Origin: Tannockella kyphosi
GTDB lineage: Bacteria > Bacillota_I > Bacilli_A > Erysipelotrichales > Coprobacillaceae
DNA length: 32,000 bases
Direction: 5' to 3'
Assembly: GCF_021054785.1 (NCBI RefSeq)
Contig: NZ_CP088239.1
Location: 1,830,001-1,862,000 of the forward strand
This document shows, piece after piece, positions 27,121 through 32,000 of the stretch. Position numbers and translations under genes: made by a program. Position 1 is the stretch's first letter, and every line of letters begins with the position of its first letter. The notes below the pieces were generated by a model. It worked only from the letters and a program-made list of their open reading frames with translations, was not told the DNA's origin and made no database searches.

Positions 27121-27149
27121 ATTATACATCTACTTTTTACTACTATCAA
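27121..27149 (-). promoter_or_regulatory. Predicted strong promoter for the carAB leader
   Basis: Minus strand TTGATA (27149-27144), 17 nt, TATAAT (27126-27121). Confidence 0.6.
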
Positions 27150-27242
27150 GATATTTTTACATTTTTTGAAATAATGACAATTTACCTTGTTTTCACGGAT
27201 AGAATAAGTTATTGTAGTTACAGGTTTTAGGGGAGGATTATT

Positions 27243-28448
27243 TTGGATAAAAATTATAAAAGAACTATATTTATCTATTTTCTAGCAATTTCATTTATTG
27301 CTTTGGGATCTGGTATGAGTGATGTGGTACTCGCAAATTACTTTAAAGATGCTTATAATGTTACCACACTACAAAGAGCGTTTATTGAGTTTCCTAGAGA
27401 ATTACCGGGGGTTATTGCTATTGTAGCAATTTCACTATTAGGTAGATTTGGAGATATTAAAACAGCTGCAATATCACAAGCTATTTCCGCTATTGGAATT
27501 TTAATATTAGCCGTCTTGCATCCTAGTTTCTATACTATGACTGCAATCTTATTTATTTTCTCAATGGGAGTCCATATTTACCTTCCATTACAAGATAGTC
27601 TTGCAATGTCTATCATGGGGCATGATGAAGAAAATATTGGGAAGAATGTTGGGAAGTGTCGAGGTATCTATACATTTTTCTCATTGATTTCTGCTGCTGC
27701 TATTTTTATTGGATTCCGTACAGGTTTCTTTGATTTTACTGATGCTACTATTGTTAACTTTGTTTTTGCAGGTGCATTTTTCTTAGTTGCTTGCTTCTTG
27801 TTTTTGATTTTATCAAACCGTGTTCCATCATCAAGAGTCAAGCCTACAAAATTTATATTCCGTAAAGAATACAAATATTATTATATATTAGCCATTATGA
27901 ATGGTGTTCAAAAACAAATAGTTTATGTTTATTCACCTTGGGTCATTATTGAAATTCTTGGTAAAGGTGCTGATACTACTTCTTTATTAATTATGGCCAG
28001 TTGGTTATGTGGAATATTCTTTTTACCTTTCTTAGGTAAATGTTTAGACCGTTTTGGTATCCGTACGATGTTATATGCTGATGCTTTATCCTTTATTTTA
28101 GTCTATGCTGTTTTTGCATTTATAACTTACAATTTATATGTTGGCAATTTCTCAACAACTGGTTTTGCTATGCTAGCAACATTTGCAGTATTTATCTTTG
28201 ATAGAATGTCCTCTCAAATGGGATTCATTCGTTCTGTTTATCTTAACAATATTGCAAAAGATAAAGAAGAAGTTCTTTCAACTATTTCTTTTGGTTTATC
28301 TTTAGATCATGTTGTTGCAATATGTTGTTCTTATATTTGTGGTATTATTTGGACAAATTATGGACCACACTATATTTTTATATTAGCTGCTTCCTTTTCC
28401 ATCGTGAACTTGGTTGTTGCGAAAGTAGCACCTTTAGACAAAAGATAG
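27243..28448 (+). CDS. MFS-type transporter, substrate unknown
   Basis: 401 aa, about 12 TM segments, TTG start 6 nt after GGAGG. It has the MFS motif-A-like LLGRFGDIK and a second LGKCLDRFGIR. Confidence 0.6.
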   Translation: MDKNYKRTIFIYFLAISFIALGSGMSDVVLANYFKDAYNVTTLQRAFIEFPRELPGVIAIVAISLLGRFGDIKTAAISQAISAIGILILAVLHPSFYTMTAILFIFSMGVHIYLPLQDSLAMSIMGHDEENIGKNVGKCRGIYTFFSLISAAAIFIGFRTGFFDFTDATIVNFVFAGAFFLVACFLFLILSNRVPSSRVKPTKFIFRKEYKYYYILAIMNGVQKQIVYVYSPWVIIEILGKGADTTSLLIMASWLCGIFFLPFLGKCLDRFGIRTMLYADALSFILVYAVFAFITYNLYVGNFSTTGFAMLATFAVFIFDRMSSQMGFIRSVYLNNIAKDKEEVLSTISFGLSLDHVVAICCSYICGIIWTNYGPHYIFILAASFSIVNLVVAKVAPLDKR

Positions 28449-28467
28449 GCAATGCCTATCTTTTTTT
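28443..28467. terminator. Bidirectional terminator between the MFS gene and the end of the pilus operon
   Basis: AGATAGGC-AAT-GCCTATCT flanked by AAA upstream and T7 downstream. Confidence 0.7.
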
Positions 28468-28795
28468 ATCTTGCATAACCTTCTATTTTTCCTTCAATCA
28501 CCTGATCAAACATCAATACTCTTATTGGATAAGACAATGATACAAAATAATCAGAAATATCATCATATGTTGCACTTTCTTCAATTACAATATCATATCC
28601 TAATTCCTGAGCACTATCAATACAACAACTAATAACATAGTCATTATAGTTTGATGATTGGATTTGTTGTAAGACAGCACTATGATACTCTCTTGCATTT
28701 TGTATTTGTAAATTGACATCAATAAAAGTTCCTGAAAACAATGTTAAAATAACAATACATAATAAACCAATTGATACACTAAATATATTTTTCAT
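28466..28795 (-). CDS. Small membrane-anchored protein, last gene of the Tad-like operon (109 aa)
   Basis: The N-terminus MKNIFSVSIG-LLCIVILTLF is a single hydrophobic helix. GGAG lies 9 nt upstream of the ATG. No family motif recognised. Its position suggests a TadE/pseudopilin-like role. Confidence 0.6.
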   Translation of the reverse strand: MKNIFSVSIGLLCIVILTLFSGTFIDVNLQIQNAREYHSAVLQQIQSSNYNDYVISCCIDSAQELGYDIVIEESATYDDISDYFVSLSYPIRVLMFDQVIEGKIEGYAR

Positions 28796-28801
28796 ATTTT
28801 A

Positions 28802-29194
28802 TCACTCCACAACGAAGCTACAACTAACTTCTGTTTTTAAATCATACTCATCATACACAACAAATCGAACATCATAACCACCTTTTTGTGTCGTATCTAC
28901 TTCTCCATACATAATCACACTATCTTTTAAAGACTCTCCTGAAGAGCTCTTGGCTTCCATAATATAATTGTAATAATTAAAAACACTATTCCATTCAATA
29001 GAGCTACTACATTCCACTAATAATGTTGGTTTTTCTAACTGATCTATATATTGGTAATCACCAATAATAACACTTCTATCTTCTAAAATTAAATCACTAG
29101 CCTTTTCCATTAAAAGAGGAATCGTTGTAAAAAAGAAACTAACTACCAATATGGTAAGTATCGTTTGTCCAAATTGGGATATTTGTAGTTTCAT
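28802..29194 (-). CDS. Small membrane-anchored protein with a prepilin-like N-terminus (130 aa)
   Basis: MKLQISQFG-QTILTILVVSFFF. GGGAG lies 8 nt upstream. There is an ATGA overlap with the preceding micro-ORF. Confidence 0.6.
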   Translation of the reverse strand: MKLQISQFGQTILTILVVSFFFTTIPLLMEKASDLILEDRSVIIGDYQYIDQLEKPTLLVECSSSIEWNSVFNYYNYIMEAKSSSGESLKDSVIMYGEVDTTQKGGYDVRFVVYDEYDLKTEVSCSFVVE

Positions 29195-29340
29195 AAACCA
29201 CTCCCTATTAAATGAAATATATTATATTTTATAATCTCAAAGCCAACACCATATAATAAATATTTTATTAACGATAGCACCACCATCGCACCAAGACACG
29301 AAACAACTGTCATCCCATATTCTTCGATAAATAATTTCAT
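29191..29340 (-). CDS. Unlisted 49-aa micro-ORF, Flp-pilin-like (MKLFIEEYGMTVVSCLGAMVVLSLIKYLLYGVGFEIIKYNIFHLIGSGL)
   Basis: Hand-translated. The ATG is 1 nt after the preceding stop, and the stop overlaps the next ATG (ATGA). It has a short charged leader ending in Gly9, then a hydrophobic helix. Confidence 0.5.
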   Translation of the reverse strand: MKLFIEEYGMTVVSCLGAMVVLSLIKYLLYGVGFEIIKYNIFHLIGSGL

Positions 29341-29341
29341 A

Positions 29342-29449
29342 TCAAAATCCTACATACTGCCCATATATAGCCAGCAGTGCCCTTACTACGATAGTGGAAA
29401 CCATAATCACAATTACTACTTCCCCAAATTCACTTATCCACTCTTCCAT
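29342..29449 (-). CDS. Unlisted 35-aa micro-ORF, Flp-pilin-like (MEEWISEFGEVVIVIMVSTIVVRALLAIYGQYVGF)
   Basis: Hand-translated. The ATG immediately follows the TAA of the 495-aa gene (GCATAAATGG). It has the same leader architecture ending in Gly9. The SD is weak. Confidence 0.45.
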   Translation of the reverse strand: MEEWISEFGEVVIVIMVSTIVVRALLAIYGQYVGF

Positions 29450-30937
29450 TTATGCCACACTTGTCAGAGACATAAAAGAAAGCAAAATAATTACTAGATC
29501 AATCATTAACTTAAAGGTAGCTAATAACATTGGAATAGCCATTATAAAAGCTACTCCTGCTAATCTATCCTCATTTTTCATTGTTTCTGCTTTTTCTAAC
29601 ATCTCTTGATTCCTTTTAATAAGTGCTGTGATTTGTATTTGTATTTCACGCATTGGTAAAGATTGGATGGAGTATAGCATACTCATTGCATTTTGAATGT
29701 CGGGAATTTGATATTCTATTAAAAATTCACGATATGGTTGAATACTATCTGGTGTTTGTTGTATATCTTGGACTAAATTACGGAGTGGGTTTCTTAAGAT
29801 ATAAGGTGCTTCATTTATTGATTCTTGTAACGCTAATGGTACTACTAATGTTTGTATTTGTAATGATATATCTCTTAACCATAAAGGAAAAGTCTTTTGA
29901 ATATTTCGATATACTTTTCTTTTTCTTTCGTGTTGTTTGAAAAACTCTAAAAAGAATAGCACTATAATCATCAATAAGCTTAGAATAAAATAGATAACTT
30001 TTTGTTGGAATATTCCATAAATAAGCAAAGGTATAACAAAACATGCTTGTACAAATATCCGTTTCAAACTACTTTTTATCGTAAACTTTTGAATGAACGA
30101 CTCTACTCTTTGCATTTCAAAACTATCATCATTTTGATCATTAACTAACCAATTCCCATGTAATTTACTAAAAACGATTGCCATCATAAAAATAAGTGCT
30201 AAAAATAAAATAGTCGTAGATACTAAATATCCTATATTTTCATTTAGTACTACTAACTCACTAGGTACCATTAATGTCATTGTTCCTGCTACCATAAAAC
30301 TTAAAAAGATAGATAAGATGATTTTCATTTTTAATGATTGTAATTCTTTTTGATAACGATAGGTTCTACTAACCCATTTATGAATATCATCTAATAATAC
30401 ATCAATTGCATATTGGTACTTCCCTCCATTCTTTTCAACTGACAAAAAGAAAGAATGCATTGCTTGTACCCTTGAACTAGGAAATGAGGATTCAATATGT
30501 AGAAAAGCATCTTGATAACCTAATCCACTAACATCTTCTTCAATAATAAGAATTGCTTCTCTTATTATATTTTGAATCGATGGATCAATTAGTTCTTCTA
30601 CTGTTCTTAGGCAATCTAATATTTTAGGTGTCTTTTTAAATGCAAAAATCATTTGTTCCAAGTAGCCTACTACATATTCAAATCTTTTATTTTGATAGAG
30701 AAATCGAAACTGTGCTATAACAATAAAAGGAAACGAAATAACTGTTCCTAATAAAATGACAAGATGACATTCCCAAGTTAATTTAAAACACATTGCAATA
30801 AGAGCTATTATTAAATAAAAGACGAATAATTGAATGATAAATTTCTTAAATGAATATTCATAACCATATCCTTTGATTGTTGTTTTAAAATGTTCAAAGC
30901 TAAAAAATTTCCATTTATTCAATAACTTTATTTTCAT
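29450..30937 (-). CDS. Fused TadB/TadC-like platform protein (two T2SS-F-type domains)
   Basis: 495 aa. The pattern is a TM pair, a ~120-aa helical cytoplasmic domain, TMs, a second ~120-aa helical domain, then C-terminal TMs. GGAGGGAG lies 5 nt upstream. It overlaps the ATPase gene by 23 nt. Confidence 0.6.
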   Translation of the reverse strand: MKIKLLNKWKFFSFEHFKTTIKGYGYEYSFKKFIIQLFVFYLIIALIAMCFKLTWECHLVILLGTVISFPFIVIAQFRFLYQNKRFEYVVGYLEQMIFAFKKTPKILDCLRTVEELIDPSIQNIIREAILIIEEDVSGLGYQDAFLHIESSFPSSRVQAMHSFFLSVEKNGGKYQYAIDVLLDDIHKWVSRTYRYQKELQSLKMKIILSIFLSFMVAGTMTLMVPSELVVLNENIGYLVSTTILFLALIFMMAIVFSKLHGNWLVNDQNDDSFEMQRVESFIQKFTIKSSLKRIFVQACFVIPLLIYGIFQQKVIYFILSLLMIIVLFFLEFFKQHERKRKVYRNIQKTFPLWLRDISLQIQTLVVPLALQESINEAPYILRNPLRNLVQDIQQTPDSIQPYREFLIEYQIPDIQNAMSMLYSIQSLPMREIQIQITALIKRNQEMLEKAETMKNEDRLAGVAFIMAIPMLLATFKLMIDLVIILLSFMSLTSVA

Positions 30938-31955
30938 TTTTTCTCCCTCCTTTATATAAAGGATTTTCTACTTTGTTTTCTTTAAATTTACGAACAAAAC
31001 TTATTGGTATTTTTCTAGTCAAAAACTTTCCATCACGATAAAGCATCACTACTTTATTCTCCCCTTGTTCTCGATCAAACAAACATACTTCATAAATTTG
31101 ACGAACAGTACTATTATTCTCTTGTGTTCTTCTAACTAAAACACCAATATGGAAAAAAGAATAAATCGTATTTTCCATATCTTCTCCTTGTTTACCTAAC
31201 ATATTCATAATTCTTTCCGGTATATTTTGAGCTGTATCTACATGAATGGTTGTAATACAACCAGTTCCTGTAGAACTGCTTTCTAATAAATATTGTACTT
31301 CCCTACTTCTTGCTTCACTTAATAAAATCCAGTCTGGTCTTTGCCTTAGTGATGTTTTTATGGCTGCACTATATGTGAAATCTTCATCCACCTTAAATTC
31401 AACACAGTCATGACCAGGATTAATGCTTGCATATCGTAATTCTAGATTATCTTCTATCGTTATCACTCTTTGTGTGGAGGAAATAAATTGGGTTAAATAT
31501 TTTACGTATTCTGTTTTCCCACTACCAGGGATCCCACAAACAATAACCGACATCCTAGACTTTATGCATGCTTGCATAAAGTCATCTAGTTCTTTTGTAC
31601 AATAACCATTTTGAATACTTTCTTTTGTTATTTTACGAACTGGCGGAGTCTTTCGTATTGAAATAGAATAACCAGTATTTGTCACGGAGTCATGAACTAC
31701 CGATATTCTTAGTCTATCTGTTTCTGCTTCTAAAAGAGGATAATATTTATTAAAATTCTCATTTACAAGATTGGATAGTTTTTGACAGAATACAGATACA
31801 AATGTTTCATTTAATTTATCATCGACACTGTATCGACCACATTCATCATCTATCCACAAATGATGCCCATTCCAGTTAATATCAGTAATACCTTCATCTT
31901 CAATATAAGGCAACAGATCTCCGTAATCCTCTTTTCTCAAATGTAGGTACTTCAT
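30915..31955 (-). CDS. CpaF/TadA/VirB11-family secretion ATPase
   Basis: 346 aa. ITDINWNG, Walker A GIPGSGKTE, Asp box ITIEDNLEL, Walker B RQRPDWILLSEARS.E, and His box TGCITTIH. Confidence 0.8.
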   Translation of the reverse strand: MKYLHLRKEDYGDLLPYIEDEGITDINWNGHHLWIDDECGRYSVDDKLNETFVSVFCQKLSNLVNENFNKYYPLLEAETDRLRISVVHDSVTNTGYSISIRKTPPVRKITKESIQNGYCTKELDDFMQACIKSRMSVIVCGIPGSGKTEYVKYLTQFISSTQRVITIEDNLELRYASINPGHDCVEFKVDEDFTYSAAIKTSLRQRPDWILLSEARSREVQYLLESSSTGTGCITTIHVDTAQNIPERIMNMLGKQGEDMENTIYSFFHIGVLVRRTQENNSTVRQIYEVCLFDREQGENKVVMLYRDGKFLTRKIPISFVRKFKENKVENPLYKGGRKNENKVIE

Positions 31956-31957
31956 TT

Positions 31958-32000
31958 TTACTCGCCGTCTGAAACTTCTATATCTGTTGTTACTTCAGTG
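31958..32000 (-). CDS. 3' end of an upstream gene in the same operon (..TEVTTDIEVSDGE*), identity unknown
   Basis: Open frame from the window edge to the TAA at 31960-31958, 2 nt before the ATPase start. Only 14 codons are visible. Confidence 0.3.
   Translation of the reverse strand, partial: TEVTTDIEVSDGE

Noticed and set aside
26952-27242. A PyrR-binding attenuator, T-box or riboswitch upstream of carAB. T-box or amino-acid riboswitches upstream of thrC-thrB and hom were also considered.
   Set aside because: I did not find the PyrR loop consensus (..UCCAGAGAGG..) or a T-box sequence. The thr and hom leaders, at under 60 nt, are too short for T-box or riboswitch aptamers.
928-31605. Many 60-120-aa ORFs in the track lie inside or antisense to larger genes. 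They are 928..1116, 983..1201, 6205..6405, 6412..6651, 7060..7245, 8173..8367, 8626..8829, 10782..11006, 13677..13883, 15031..15396, 18179..18379, 18289..18528, 19665..19850, 20103..20315, 22773..22967, 24876..25097, 25282..25464, 26251..26466, 27668..27874, 28322..28540, 29394..29609, 29653..29940, 29811..30044 and 31423..31605.
   Set aside because: All overlap well-supported genes with recognisable family motifs. Their translations are low-complexity Leu/Phe/Ile/Ser-rich strings, typical of shadow frames in AT-rich DNA, and none has a convincing SD.
1-32000. CRISPR arrays, tandem repeats, and rRNA or tRNA genes.
   Set aside because: I noticed no regularly spaced direct repeats. All non-coding gaps are under 300 bp and are accounted for by promoters, leaders and terminators. 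A proper tRNAscan or Infernal run was not possible.

Overview
Low-GC (about 25-30% G+C from spot checks) Bacillota-like chromosomal segment, densely coding and mostly housekeeping. In order:

- **1-680:** 3' part of an IS1182-like transposase, cut by the window edge.
- **861-2379:** tcdA plus a coupled 78-aa ORF, and a metallophosphoesterase.
- **2483-8783:** a threonine-pathway cluster. It holds an in-frame thrC-thrB fusion, a divergent MATE exporter, then hom-asd.
- **8849-15347:** a complete minus-strand phosphate regulon operon, pstS-pstC-pstA-pstB-phoU-phoP-phoR, with Pho-box-like repeats upstream.
- **15495-17142, the window centre:** an orphan two-gene cassette. An uncharacterised helical protein is translationally coupled to a WYL-domain regulator.
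- **17253-22503:** an Lrp/AsnC regulator with an aminotransferase, a beta-propeller lactonase, a flavodiiron protein and a GGDEF cyclase.
- **22682-28448:** carAB with an unusual leader, and an MFS transporter.
- **28466-32000:** the distal part of a Tad/Flp-like pilus operon. It has a secretion ATPase, a fused TadB/TadC platform protein, two micro-ORFs missing from the ORF track, and two small membrane-anchored proteins.

I saw no rRNA, tRNA or CRISPR array. All intergenic gaps are under 300 bp.

Most interesting observations:
1. The WYL cassette.
2. A shared 9-residue prepilin-like N-terminus (M-x-x-x-I-[SE]-[EQ]-[FY]-G) on three consecutive small pilus-operon proteins.
3. A 30-codon leader ORF whose stop codon overlaps a terminator just upstream of carA.
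4. An identical 12-bp palindrome, ATTGTATACAAT, inside both threonine-pathway promoters.
5. The thrC-thrB fusion, which has an internal Shine-Dalgarno.

All functional calls come from reading motifs by eye. No database search was run.
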